Origin: Heptranchias perlo
Lineage: Eukaryota
Length of the DNA stretch: 64,000 bases
Assembly (NCBI RefSeq): GCF_035084215.1
Contig: NC_090325.1
Location: 11,346,001 to 11,410,000, forward strand
Reading direction: 5' to 3'
Part shown: positions 50,895-64,000 of the stretch, one piece after another
Layout of the letters: every line of letters begins with the position of its first letter
Numbering within the stretch: the stretch's first letter is position 1
Notes under the pieces: generated by a model
Databases searched by the model: none
What the model was told of the DNA's origin: nothing
What the model saw: the letters and a program-made list of their open reading frames with translations, nothing else
Translations under genes and position numbers: made by a program

Positions 50895-51890
50895 ATGCAT
50901 GGATTTGTTAAAGGAGAATCGTGTTTGACTAACTTGATTGAGTTCTTTGATGAATTAACGGAGGGGGTTGATGAGGGTAGTGCTGTTGATATTGTGTACA
51001 TGGACTTTCAAACGGCATTTGATATGGTAGCACATAATAGACTTGTTAGCAAAATTAAAGTCCATAGGATTAATGGAACAGTGGCAGTGTGGATACAAAA
51101 TTGGCTGAGGGACAAAAAGCAGAGAGTAGTGGTGAACGGTTGTTTTTCAGACTGGAGGGAAGTTTACAGTGGTGTTCCCCAGGGGGTCAGTATTAGGGCA
51201 ACTGCTCTTTTTGATATATATTAAAGTCCAGGACTTGGGTAAAGAGGGTACAATTTCAAAGTTTGCAGATGACATGAAACTCGGAAATGTAGTAAACAAG
51301 GTGGAGGATAGTAACAGACTTGCGGAGGACATAGACAGACTGGTGAAATTGTCAGACACATGGCAGATGAAATTTAACACAGACAAGTGTGAAGTGATGC
51401 ACTTTGGTAGGAAGATTGAGGAGAGGCAATATAAACTAAATGGTATTTTAAAGGGGGTGCAGGAACAGAAAGACTTGGGAGTGCACATACACAAATCTTT
51501 GAAGGTGGCAGGACAAGTTTAGAAGGTTGTTAAAAAAGCATATGAGATCCTGGGCTTTATTAATAGAGGTATAAAGTACAAAAGCAAAGGAGTTATGCTA
51601 AATCTTTATAAAACACTGATTAGGCCCCAGCTGGAGTATTGTGTTCAATTCTGGGCACCACACTTTAGGAAGGATGTCAAGGCTCTAGAGAGGATGCAGA
51701 AGAGATTTATTAAAATGGTACCAGGGATGAGGGACTTCAGTTATGTGGAGAGACTGGAGAAGCTGGGGTTGTTCTCCTTAGAGCAGAGAAGGTTAAGGAG
51801 AGATTTGCTAGAGGTGTTCAAAATCATGACCGGTTTTGATAGAGTAAATGAGAATCTGTTTCCAATGGCAGAAGGGTCGGTAACCAGAGG
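50895..51890 (+). mobile_element. CR1/HER1 RT fragment
   Basis: HGFVKGESCLTNLIEFF..YMDFQTAFD..SGVPQG..KFADD..RPQLEYCVQFWAP. Confidence 0.93.
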
Positions 51891-51914
51891 ATTTGGAGAT
51901 CCAGTTCTTTTATC

Positions 51915-52198
51915 AATGGGTCAGATTACACAGACAGATAGAGTAATCTGACCCACTGTGTATTCAGTATACTGGGATGTAATGTTTTCCGTGGCTAACC
52001 TGTCTGAACACCAACGACACCTTTGATTGCTGTGATCACCTCCCAGCCTAATATATGCTATGCTTCACTCACTCACCTGACGAAGGAGGTAAACTCCGAA
52101 AGCTTGTGATTTTCAAATAAAACTGTTGGACTATAACCTGGTGTTGTAAGATTCCTTACATTTGTCCACCCCAGTCCATCACCGGCATCTCCACACCA
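51915..52198 (+). mobile_element. Penelope-like element terminus
   Basis: Homologous to the 12-kb copy: CCGAAAGCTTGTGA..AATAAA..GGACTATAACCTGGTGTTGT..CCAGTCCATCACCGGCATCTCCAC. Left boundary uncertain. Confidence 0.72.
52073..52109 (+). ncRNA. Minimal type I hammerhead ribozyme motif (Penelope-associated)
   Basis: UCAC-CUGACGA-A-GGAG(GUAAA)CUCC-GAAA-GCUU-GUGA. Confidence 0.72.
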
Positions 52199-52979
52199 TT
52201 AACTTTTGTTATTGATACAAATCTTTAGAACAATGAAAAGTATGGATAAGGTGCAGATCAGAAAGAACATGTTCACAAACCTAGAGCAAGATTGGAAGAA
52301 TTTTTGGCACACGGACTAGTCAATATGTGGAATGGAATAGCAGAAAAATTTGTAATTTTGGATCAATTAATACCTTGAAAAAAGAACTGGATCACAATTT
52401 GTCAAGAGAGGGGGTGGAGGGCTTTGGAGATATTAATAGATCTGTCTGATTCACATGGGGTCGGGGAAGTATTGAGTGAGGGGGAAGTCCATGATTTAGG
52501 TAGTCACCCATGGTTTGATGGGCCGAATGGTCCATTCCTATTTCAAGCTTCCTGGGGTTCTTAAGTTTCTGAGAAAGAATCAGTTAGCTTAGGAGATGGT
52601 GCAATGAATTTGGATTTCATCACGGTGAGGGTCTGAAATAGTCTAAAATTGCAAGGTTTTACTGGTTTGAAGAGATAGATTTTTAAATAATGATGGACCT
52701 TAGCTGAAGAAAAAAAATAACTGCATTGGAACGATCGGATGCTGTATCAACAACAAAAATAATAGCACTGGCGGAAAAATCAATTCCTAGTTTAAATGCA
52801 AAACGACTGCAATTGAAAAATTTAATTCACAACTCTAAAACTGACAGTTTAAGCACTTATGTCAGACTGAAAGCAAAGTTACTGTATGAAAATATTTGGC
52901 AGGAAGCAGGACAGATTAAGGGCACGGATCCAAACTGTGACACTAGTCTATCAGGACAAGGGAACTTCAAATGCCAAAT

Positions 52980-53840
52980 AAAAGAAAGAAAGACTTGCAT
53001 TTATATAGCGCCTTTCACAACCTCAGGGTGTCCCAAAGCACTTTACAACCAATGAAGTACTTTTGAAGTGTAGTCAACGTAAGAAATGCAGCAGTCAATT
53101 TGTACACAACATGCTCCAATGAATAATGAGATAAATGACCAGTTAATCTTTTTTTTATTTGTTCCTGGGATGTGGGTGTTGCTGGCAAGGCCGGCATTTA
53201 TTGCCCGTCCCTAATTGCCCTTGAGAAGGTGGTGGTGAGCCGCCTTCTTGAACCGCTGCAGTCCATGTGGTGAAGGTTCTCCCACAGTGCTGTTAGGAAG
53301 GGAGTTCCAGGATTTTGACCCAGCGATGATGAAGGAACGGCGATATATTTCCAAGTCGGGATGGTGTGTGACTTGGAGGGGAACGTGCAGGTGGTGGTGT
53401 TCCCATGTGCCTGCTGCCCTTGTCGTTCTAGGTGGTAGAGGTCACGGGTTTGGGAAGTGCAGTCAAAGAAGCCTTGGCGAGTTGATGCAGTGCATCCTGT
53501 GGATGGTACACTGCAGCCACTGTGCGCCGGTGGCGAAGGGAGTGAATGTTTAGGGTGGTGGATGGGATATTTGTTTTAGTGATGTTGGTTGAGGGATAAA
53601 TATTGGCCCAGGACACCGGGGAGAACTCCCCTGCTCTTCCTGCCAAATATTTTCATACAGTAACAATGCCTCAGTTTAACATCTCATCTGAAAGGCGGCA
53701 CCTCCGACAGTGCAGCACTCCCTCAGTACAACACTGGAGTGTCAGCCTAGATTTTGTGCTCAAGTCTCTGGAGTGGGACTTGAACCCACAACCTTCTGAG
53801 TCAGTAGGTGAGACAGCGACCCACTGTGCCAAGCTGACAC
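52980..53840 (-). mobile_element. Deu-domain SINE split by a LINE 3' fragment (53145-53565)
   Basis: The SINE tail at 52980-53145 resumes at about 53570 with TGTTTTAGTGATGTTGGTTGAGGG and continues to the tRNA-like head. Confidence 0.8.
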
Positions 53841-56800
53841 AAATAAGGAGGCAGCAGAAGTGGAAGAAAATGCAATGGGCAATGAGGTCTCTGTGGAACA
53901 GGAGGCAACGGAAGAAGTTGGAAGAACTCTCCTGAAGGCAATGGGCTGGATTTTTCCACGGGGTGGCCGGGAGCAAGAATCGACCGACCGGCTCCCCGAA
54001 CTCCAACGCCATCGCCGGGACGTTCTGCTGGACGTGGCGGTGGATGCTGAAATATGCCCGTTCATACTTAGGTGGATGTATTCGATTGAGCAGGGCAGCT
54101 GTATGAGCTGAAGAAGGCAACTTCAGCTTGAGAGGTGAGGGGGGCGGGGGGTAAATTTCTGCCGGGGTTCTCTCATTCGTCCACCCGTAACGCTTGACCA
54201 AAACCCCCGGAACAATGGCGTCAATGCCGTTGTTCCAGAGTTTCCGCTACTTTTAACCGAAGTTGCCATTGACAACCAGTAGAACCGCCGTAGGAATTCC
54301 TTGGGTTTTAATGGCAGTACACAGTGTTACTTTGAATATTGAGAGGTAATGGAGATTGTTGCACTTATTGTTGATATTGCGTTTATCAATTTTTGTTCAT
54401 TCATTCTGGGGATGTGGGCATCGTTGGCAAGGCTGGCATTTATTGCCCATCCCTAGATGCCCTGAGGGCATTAAGAGTCAAGCATATGGAGTGGGACTGG
54501 AGTCACATGTAGGCCAGACTGAGTAAGGGAGGCAGGGTCCCTTCCTTGGAGGGCATTCATGAATCAGTTGGGTTTTTACATGGTCATTTTATCCGGTGCC
54601 AGCCCTCAAATGATCAGATTTAATTACTTCATTTTCCCAATTTGCCGTGGTGGGATTTGAACTCACAACCTCTGGATGGCTCGTCTAGTACCAGAACCAT
54701 TAGGCTATAATAGCCCATAATAGCTAGTTACATATTACGCCTCATTTTTCCACAAGCTAAGCAGGTTTGAGAATGCAGTCCTACAACGACCTCGCTTTTC
54801 TACAGTCTGGGTTCCCAGTCAATTTGGTAAAAAAAAAAGCAGGACTTGTTCTAAATTTGTGCCCTGCGATCAACACGGCCTGATACTCAAAGAGCAGAGG
54901 CAGACAGCTCCAAAGAATGTTGTTGAAAGTTTCTACCTGGATGTGGTCAGGCCTATTTTCTCTAGAGCCTGTGGCTAATTCATTACGTAGAATTACATGG
55001 AAGTTACAGCACAGAAACAGGCCATTTGGCCCAACTGGTCCATGCCGGTGCTTATGTTCCACATGAGCCTCCTCCCACCCTTCTTCATCTAACCTTTATC
55101 AACATATCCTTCTATTCCTTTCTCCCTCATGTATTTATCTAGCATTCCCTTAAATGCATCTATGCTGGTCACCTCAACTACACCTATAATAGGATATTAA
55201 TTAGATAAGCAATGATTAGGTAGAGCAGAAGATGGGCATTGTACAAAAATTCTACTTATTTGACCAGTACTGTGAGTTAGTGGATTGGCTAAGTTAGATA
55301 AAAGGCAATAAGTAATAGGAATGTAGGAATTGCTGGACAAAAATCTACCATCCTGGTAGTCGCATGATACACCCATAATTGAGTTGTTGGCTCATCATAG
55401 TAATCAATCTCTGTCAATTAGTCTACAACAGACCCAGACATGAGGTGAGGAAAATCCCCAGTGGTGGAGAGCTTTGGGAACCACATGTCCTGTTCCTCCG
55501 AAGCCTGCCACACTTACCACATGTCACGTCTCAAATTACACATTACCGTATCCCAAGATGTTACCTTCTGAAAGAATTTGCCTTTGAATGAATCAATACC
55601 GACTGATTCCTCCATCTCCCTAGGGAGCCTGTTCCATAGATTGACCACTCGCTCACTGAAATATTGCATCCGCAGATTAGTTTTGAATTTACCCCCCTTC
55701 TCGCGAAGGCCACGTCCTCTGGTTCCACTGTTCTGGACAAGATGAAATAGCTTGTTATGGTTCCTTCGGAATCTTAAAAACTGCAATCATATCACCTCTT
55801 TTCCAGTTAGAACATGCCTAATTTACTTAGAATTGCCATGGGATCTTTTACGTCCACCTCACAGGGCAGGAAGGGCCCATGACATAGACAGGTATGAAAA
55901 TCGGAAAGCAGACAAATCTAGATTTCCCAATTGACATTAAACAGTGATTGGAAAATCCAAGCTACAGGTCTTTACCGAAAAGATACATTTACATGGATTT
56001 ACCACATCTCTCGGAAACATCTCATAGCCCTTCCCTTTTTTTTGTTGTGCGCCTGGGATGTGGACGACAATGGTAAGGCAGCGTTTATTGCCCATCCCTA
56101 GTTGTCCCGAGGGCATTAGGTCAATTATATAGCATTATATATTGTCATATATAGGCCAGACCAGGTTGGGGAGGGCACAGGTTCCCTACTCTGAAAGACA
56201 TCAGTGAACTAGGTAGATTCTTACAAAGAGTTTGGTAGCTTTTGTGGTCTTGTTTTGTAGTGATAGCTCACAAATTACCAGAATTAATAAACACTGCAGC
56301 CATTTTATGCACAAACAGCAATGAGACGAATGATGTTTTAGCATGAAAAGGCACTGTATAAATGGAAGTATTCTGTGACACAATTTCGTTGGAGGGTCAA
56401 CATATTGGGTTAATTGGAATATTAGTGGGCTGAAATGAAGAACTCTCAAGCTCGGGACACCCCCACACCCCACCCCTCGACCCATTTCAGCAGGGATCCA
56501 AGCTCTCAAGTGTACCTCACACCAATAGCCATCCTTGACTGCTCAGTAGTTTTATGGGATCTAGCAACGCACAAAATAACTACAGCGTTTCACCTATATG
56601 ACATCGGTGACTGAGCTTCAAAGTAATTCATCGCACAAGAGATGTGATATTAATTATTTTCTTTATGTTAAGGCATTTTTTACATCCATAGTCTTAAATC
56701 AACTTTACGAGAAGTGTTTCTGCTATTGCACTGTTCATCGGAGATCAACATTCGCAGGGAGTGGGAGGAGGGGGTGCGGAAACGAGGGGGTGAATAATCG

Positions 56801-58194
56801 GGGCAAAAATGTTGTCGGCCTTTCTTTGTGAGCACAGGATTGTGGAATGACCCAGAATATCATTGTTTCTTGCAAGCAATTTCAACGAAACGTATGCAAC
56901 TAATAATGTCAATGTTGACAATACTATGGTGTAATTAGCTACACTTCTCTTTCCTTGTTCTTCCTTCACCTCTTTCTGCTGAGTGATAAAATCTGAATTA
57001 CTGCTTCATGAAAGCTTAACGGCCCTGTGTAAATTGTGCTAGCACCAGTCATTCGAATTCATCAGAATTACAAAGTGCCGCATTACACAGTGCTGGAATT
57101 CCTCCAGAGTCCAGTTTGCAATCACTTCACACAATCTCAAGCTTTTTAACTCTCTTCTAACTCAATCCATATACCAAATGTTGGCTCACCTTCGACAACA
57201 CCTGCCGATAAGTGTTGCGGTTGCTTGGCTGCAGAAAACCCGCGACCTCCACCACCCAGAAGGACGAAGGCGCAGATGCATGGGGACACCACCACCTCCA
57301 AGTTCTCCCCCCCTCCCCCCGCTGCCAAGTCACACACACCATCCCGACATGGACATATATCGGTCATTCCTTCACCGTCGCTGGGTTAGAATCCCGGAAC
57401 TCTCAACCTAACTGCACTGTGGGAGCACCTTCACCACACGGACTGCAGCGGTTCAAGAAGGCGGCTCACCACCATCTTCTCAAGGGCAACTAGGGATGGG
57501 CAATAAATGCTGGCCTTGCCGGCCACGCCCATATCCCCAGAATGAAATAAAAAAGAGACCCTGCTGAAATGGCCATGTTTGACCTCAGTGCAGTCAAAGT
57601 TCAAAATGCCTACCTCACATTTTACATCCTACATTCTGCATCTTGGACCAGTCGCTTTCCCTCACGTGAAATTGCCATGGACCCTTCCGCTCAGGAACCT
57701 TCAACGTTCCACCCGACACCTGGTCATCTCAAACTTTACTTACCCTCCTGTTGCTGACTAGGTGGTCATCCAATTCCTTTTTCTACAGGTGTGGATCAAT
57801 AAAGCATTAATTGCTTCTGGTGATAGTCTCAGAGTATATAGGTTGCAGAAAGAGAGGATGATGAAACAAAAGATCGATTCCCCAATTAAAACATTGGCAG
57901 AGCTTTATTTTAACCTCAGGATAGGAATGAGGATGACTCATGGTCGGAAATTCTTCTTCACACATGGAGTGGTCAACACGGAGATTGGACATTTTTATTT
58001 GTTCTCGGGATTCTTGTTGCTCTCCCATCAAACGAGGCTTCACACTGGGAGTTTTGACTCAGAAACTTTGCCCCCAATCCCGTTCTGCTGGATCGGCTGG
58101 ATTTTGAAGACCCCTGAAGCAGTACTCGAAAGAGCACAGGGATTTTGCCCCTAACCGAATGCAGACCCCTCCACTTACAATTCCTCAAGACAGG

Positions 58195-58855
58195 TCCGAG
58201 GCCCAACCATCATCAACTGCTTCATCAATGACCTCCCCTCCATCATAAGGTCAGAAATGGGGATGTTCGCTGATGATTGCACAGTGTTCAGTTCCATTCG
58301 CAATCCCTCAGAGAATGAAGCAGTCCGTGCTCGCATGCAGCAAGACCTGGACAACATCCTGGGGGTCACCATTGACCAGAAACTTAACTGGACCAGCCAC
58401 ATAAATACTGTGGCTACAAGAGCAGGTCAAAGGCTGCCCCCCAAAGCCTTTCCACCATCTACAAGGCACAAATCAGGAGTGTGATGGAATACCCTTGCCT
58501 GGATGAGTGCAGCTCCAACAACACTCAAGAAGCTCAACACCATCCAGGACAAAGCAGCCCGCTTGATTGGCACCCCATCCACCACACTAAACATTCACTC
58601 CCTTCACCACCGACGCACTGTGGCTGCAGTGTGTACCATCCACAGGATGCACTGCAGCAACTCACCAAGGCTTGTCCTAGGAGGACAAGGGCAGCAGGCA
58701 CATGGGAACAACACCACCTGCACATTCCCCTCCACGTCACACACCATCCCGAATTGGAAATATATCGCTGTTCCTTCATCATCGCTGGGTCAAAATCCTG
58801 GAACTCCCTTCCTAACAGCACTGTGGGAGAACCTTCACCACACGGACTGCAGCAA
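58195..58855 (+). mobile_element. RT fragment of a CR1-superfamily (non-HER1) LINE, internally deleted
   Basis: GPTII.CFINDLPSIIRSEMGMFADDCTVF..LGVTIDQKLNWTSHINTV, running into the same 3' end as 45158-45372. Confidence 0.85.
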
Positions 58856-59181
58856 TGAAGACTGTACCACCAAAAGAAGACGACTACCTGCTCACTCATC
58901 TCATTACCATTTGTCAGAGATTGCTGGCGCAGAACAGCTGCCGGGTTTGCCAGCAGAATAAGCGTGGCAAGGTGTGACGGAAATGGCTGAATAATGATGT
59001 TATGTGACTGGAGCTTGGACCATCCACCACACCCCGTTTCACGAGAGATCCAAACTTCTCAAGTCCACCGGGCACCGAAACAAACATCCTCAATTTCTCA
59101 GGCTCTTTACACCACTGCTGTGTGAGGGGTCTTGCTGTTTTGCGGTTTTGCAAGAACGCCTGGCATGTTTACCGACATAAC

Positions 59182-59919
59182 AGGCCGGAACTTGCTGAAA
59201 AAATAACGGTGTGTTAACCACGCACGCCGTTATTAATGCGCAAATCGGCCAGCGAGTTCAGGGAATTCAGAGATACGCTGTGACTTGCGGATCTCCAGAA
59301 CTGGCTGGTCGATTTACACCGTTCCATCGTTTGCTTCGCACAAACAGCATCTCGCCCTGAGCCTCCCCGTTATTTTTAAGAACTTGCTGGATTTGCACAT
59401 TAATTGCCCATTAAACTCACCGCAGAAAGTTAAGTCTAGTAATTAACAGCACACGTACCCTTTTAACGATGTGATAATTGTTAATGACTGACAATCAACC
59501 TCTCTGGCCTAGAACAATTTAAATGGTGGAGTCTCATTTCTTCAGGTAGTGAATTGTTGGAGATTTTAAAAATGTCAAACTTAAAATTTTTTTTTAAATG
59601 TTCTTACTTTTCCTTTCTGTCTCTCTCTCTCTCTTAATCCAATATTTCTTTCCCTCTCTTTATTTCTCTTTCTGTACCTCATTTGACTCTAATTCACCCT
59701 ATTTCCTTCTCCGTCGTTCCTCTTTTTTCTCAATCCTTAAATCTCATTGGTGGAGGAGATAGACCGTGGGTTCACTCTGGTCCCAGATGCCCCATTGCCC
59801 TTATCAGCTCGCACTTCTGGCAAGTTATGGTGCAAAAAAATTTTGAGCTGAAGGGTACAGGAAAAAGTCTAAGTAAAGGCACACACTGCAAAATGTCCCA
59901 CTCCAGCAAGACCTAGCCC
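59182..59919. mobile_element. Non-autonomous DNA-transposon-like element inside a degraded SINE tail
   Basis: Imperfect TIRs AGGCCGGAACTTGCTG / CAGCAAGACCTAGCCC. Confidence 0.55.
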
Positions 59920-60194
59920 ATTTTTATTAGTCACTGCACCTCAAAGCAATTTACTGTATGAAAAGTGTTTGGAGAGATGTGATAAGGTGATATGCAAAGT
60001 TTCACTTTATTTCAAGGTGTTACCATTACACCCATACTGCTAAATTAACTTAATAGAGGGGGTCGTTTTAACCTATTTTGACACATTACAACCATGCAAA
60101 TACTGACACACACCCCCACGGTCCCCTTCGTCCTAACTTCTCAAAATGGCAACCATCCAAAGGAACACATCACAACTATTTGCAGAAAACAATT

Positions 60195-60556
60195 TAGAAT
60201 CATAGAAAGGTTACAGCACGGAAGGAGGACATTCGGCCCATCGAGTCCGCGCCGGCTCAGTGCAAGAGCAATCCAGCTAGTCCCACTCCCCCACCCTATC
60301 CCCATAGTCCTGCATAGTTTTTCCTTTCAAGTACTTATCCAGTTCTCTTTTGAAGGCCATGATTGAATCTGCCTCCACCTCCCCCTCGGGCAGTGCATTC
60401 CAGGTCCTAACCACTCGCTGTGTAAAAAAGTTTTTCCTCATGTCACCTTTGGTTCTTTTGCCAATCACCTTAAATCTATGTCCTCTGGTCGTTGACCCTT
60501 CCGCCAATGGGAACAGTTTCTCTCTACCTACTCTGTCTAGACCCTTCATGATTTTG
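60195..60556 (-). mobile_element. CR1/HER1 3' fragment
   Basis: MKGLDRVGREKLFPLAEGSTTRGHRFK..WD*. Confidence 0.9.
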
Positions 60557-61512
60557 ACCAGTAATGCAGCAATAGAAATAATGTGTTAGCAAGTCAACAA
60601 ATACAGGCATCCAATGGCCTTGGACCTCCCCTGGGACCTCCTTACAGATCCCCTCAGGTCCTCGTATTGTGGTTCAGAAAGCTATGTTAGTGAGGGAGCT
60701 TTGCTGTGCATAGAGCTGGCTGTACTATATCTGACATGAACATGCTCAATACGTACACTGGGTTGGTTCCCAAATCGGGAAAGTGTTCCGATCTTCATTA
60801 TGAACATTATAGAAAGTACCTAAAAAAAAATCAATAGATTTTTTGTTCCGATGGATCTATTTTTTTCTCTTCACGCCGAAAGGGCGAGTGAAAGCAATGA
60901 GTCTATACAGCACACAGTGCTACACTTGAGGTGATTTGTATTCCTAGGAGTGAGGCTGGCTGTGAGATACATCACTACTGATGAATTCCCCAGTGAGTTA
61001 CACACATACACCAGCCTGCCTTGTGAGAGGAATCCAAATCAGTTCGAGTGCTTTGGCACGAAGCAATTTGTTGAGTCCATCAACATATTTTGCTTCATTT
61101 TCAAATTTTTAAAAGAATAAATGTTTTAATTCTGTGTCAATGATAAGGGGCCCCCTTCTCCCAATCCTCCCTTGGTGAATTTGCTGCCTGGTGTGGTACT
61201 GAGACATACAGGCCAGGAAAATCCCTGGTCTAAGCTGAAAGAAAGAAAGAACTTGCAATTATATGGCACCTTTCACGACCCCAGGTCCTGAAGCGCTTTA
61301 TAGTCAATTAAGTACTTTTGAAGTGTGGTCACTGTTGTAATGAGTTATGTGATCCCCACCAGGATAGTGTAGGGTGTAATTGACCTGAGTGCCCCTGGGC
61401 TGGAGGGTTGGGGGGCGATGGGACATCAGTCAGAGTCCCAGCCTCTGATCCATATCCAATGACTGCTCATGTAGATATCAGGCAAGGACCAGGTCAGAAT
61501 CTGCTGGGGAGT

Positions 61513-61940
61513 ATCATAGGAGATACAGCACAGGAGGAGGCCATTCGGCCCATTGTGACTGTGCCGGCTCTTTGAAAGAGCTATCCAATTAGTCCCATTC
61601 CCCTGCTCTTTCACCAAAGCCCTGTAATTTTTTCCTTTTCAAGTATTTATCCAATTCCCTTTTGAAAGTTATTATTGAATCTGATTCCACCACCCTTTCA
61701 GACAGTGAATTCCAGATCATCACAACTCGCTGCGTTAAAAAAAAATGTTTCCTCATGTCACCTCTGGCTCTTTTGCCGGTCACCTTAAATCTGTATCCTC
61801 TGGTTACTGATCCTCCTGTCACTGGAAACTGTTTCTCCTTATTTACTCTGTCAAAACCGTTCATGATTGAACACAATACTCCAGCTGAGGCCTAACCAGT
61901 GTTTTATAAAGGTTTAACATACCTTCCTTCCTTTTGTATC
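61513..61940 (-). mobile_element. CR1/HER1 3' fragment
   Basis: MNGFDRVNKEK..RGYRFK..IWNSL..GEWD*. Confidence 0.88.
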
Positions 61941-61949
61941 CCCCCAACC

Positions 61950-62182
61950 TTTCTTCAAAATAGTACCATGAGATCTTTTACGTCCACCCAAGAGGGCAGA
62001 CAGGGCTTCGGTTTAACATCTTATCCAAAAGACAACACCTCCGACAGTGCAGCACTCCCTCAGTACTACACTGGAGTGTCAGCCTAGACATGGTGCTTCA
62101 GTCTCTCTGGAGTGGGGCTTGAACCCACAACCTTCTAGCCTCAGAGGCGAGAGTGCTACCACGCTGAGCCACAACTGACACC
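61950..62182 (-). mobile_element. Deu-domain SINE 5' half
   Basis: CCTCCGACAGTGCAGCACTCCCTCAGTACT core and CTTGAACCCACAACCTTCT head. Confidence 0.8.
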
Positions 62183-63104
62183 TTGTCTCAACCTGCTCTG
62201 TTCAGGCTGGTGTGCAATTTAATCTTCCATCTCCCTTGTCTGTGCGGAGTTTCCCCAGCCACTGGGGAGGGTGAGCACCCAGAAAGATAAAGTTACAAAT
62301 CACGACCTAGAGGACAACTGCGTATCAACATCGCTTTTGCAGGGCTATGGGAAAAGAGCAGGGGGGAGTGGGACTAACTGGAGAGCCCTTTTTAAAGAGC
62401 CAGCACAGGCACGATGGGCTGAAAGCCTCCTTCTGTGCTGTAAGATTCTGTGCTTCTCTCAACGTCAAGCAGTTTTTCTTGTGTCTTCCGTCTACATTAT
62501 AAAGGGCGCGGTTTCTGCACCAGTCACAGCCTCGGTATAATACAGAACCACCTCTTCAAGATAAATGGAAATGCTCAGGAAATAGTGGAGTCCTGGAGAC
62601 TTGTTCTGAGTGCAGTCGATTCAGCAAGATGATACCAAGGATAGGGAACTATAATTATGAGGAGAGACTTGAGATACTGGGTCGGTGCCAGCACTGGCAT
62701 TGAAAGAAGCGTAACACAATGGGAGGAAAACTATTGAGCATCTGGGTATGTAGGAAGAATACAGAAGAAGAGAGAATAGGAAAGAGAAGGGAATGACAGA
62801 GAAAGCACCTCCAACCCAAAATTCACATGAAAATTGTAATTCAGTTGTATTAATAAAGCTATTCAAGTGTTTTTTTTCACTGTAATATTGATGTTATTTT
62901 CAGCAATGCGCTGCATGAGCTGAAAACTGAGGGACCCCGGGGAGAAAGGAGTCTCCTTGAACCTGCCACAAATCTGAGGCTTAACAGGCACGTCCTGCAC
63001 TCAGTCCAGCAGTTAAAGTGGCAAATGATGAGAGCTGTAAAAAAAAATTACTATTTCTCTCACAAATGGCTGATATAAAAGACTATATAAATAAAAGATT
63101 TTGC

Positions 63105-63107
63105 ATG

Positions 63108-63138
<31 letters not shown>

Positions 63139-63402
63139 ATAGACATGTAAATACACACACATTCACACAGATACACACGCACATACACACATGCACGTAC
63201 ATACACACATACACGCATACACACATGCACACAAATACACGCACACATACACAAATACACATGCACATACACACATGCATGCACATACACACACATGCAC
63301 ACAAATACACGCACACATACACAAATACACATGCACATACACACACACGCACACGCACGCACAGACACACTTACACACGCGCATACGCGCACACACGCAC
63401 AG
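63105..63402. repeat. (TA)n / CA-rich compound microsatellite
   Basis: Directly visible. Confidence 0.95.
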
Positions 63403-64000
63403 CTGTGAATTAATCTGCCATCAAAGAAAACCAGCACTAATCTAAAATGCACAGCTCAATCGAGGTGAGGTGTCTGGATGGATCAGTTCCTGCAATGTTA
63501 GTGAACTAAGCTGCTCGAAATTGTGCCCGCCTTCTGAACCCAGATCAGTGGACAGAATAGGAAATGTGCTGAAACAAGCTAAATTGGCTAGTTTTGAATC
63601 TGGTCCACCACCATTAGCAACATGACAGCGAAACTGACTAAAAATAAACTATCATAAAACATCGTACACATAATTGTGTTAGAACATCATCCTTTCATGT
63701 GTACGGCCTGGATACAAATATAGACCAAATAGGGGAATGTTTCCACTGCGATGAGAGAGGGACTGGGACAGAGCAATAGAACACTGAGAATTATAGAACA
63801 TTGGGGGGGGTTGAGGGATTTTCAAATGCAGTCCGAAATGGGTGTGGATTTGGTGGTGTGACCCACAGCACCTGCCCAAGGCCAGTGTCAGGAGGCCTGA
63901 ACCATTTTCCGGTTCGGGGTTCATTTGAATATTAACCGGCACGTCGCGGCCGCCAAATGGGTGCTACGACGCAGCTCGCAGGCCAAAAACCGTCACCGTA

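Noticed and set aside
63018-63452. HT/CV-rich ORFs
   Set aside because: CA microsatellite artefact.
27149-64000. Final INSYN2 coding exon (expected VE(Y/L)DF(R/K)QQE...)
   Set aside because: No convincing match by eye; probably beyond the window, although a tBLASTn would be needed to exclude it.
1-64000. DOCK1/2/5 host exons on the minus strand
   Set aside because: No DOCK-like peptide recognised; the host relationship is inferred only from known synteny.

Overview
Vertebrate genomic DNA, very probably an elasmobranch (shark), judged from the repeat landscape: HER1/CR1 LINEs with (ATTCTATG)n tails, Deu-domain SacSINE1-like SINEs, Penelope termini and Harbinger remnants. Roughly half of the window or more is transposon-derived (visual estimate), and almost all ORFs in the track are LINE fragments or low-complexity artefacts. 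One real protein-coding gene is visible on the + strand, an INSYN2/FAM196-family gene closest to INSYN2B. It has a large exon (about 12798-15064, coding from about 13566) and a 75-nt exon I located by eye at 27074-27148 ([26 protein letters not shown]). I could not find its last exon in the window. In other vertebrates INSYN2A/B lie antisense inside a giant intron of DOCK1/DOCK2, so the whole window is probably DOCK intron; no DOCK exon was seen. Highlights: two minimal hammerhead-ribozyme motifs in Penelope termini (one in an 84-bp palindrome nested in a solo LTR nested in a SINE), an internally deleted Harbinger with transposase and Myb/SANT remnants, a 2.3-kb satellite grown from a CR1 tail next to the small exon, a uORF/G-quadruplex-rich 5' leader, and SINE-LINE tail-sharing pairs. 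Comparisons to known proteins and repeats are from memory, not database searches, and repeat boundaries are approximate.
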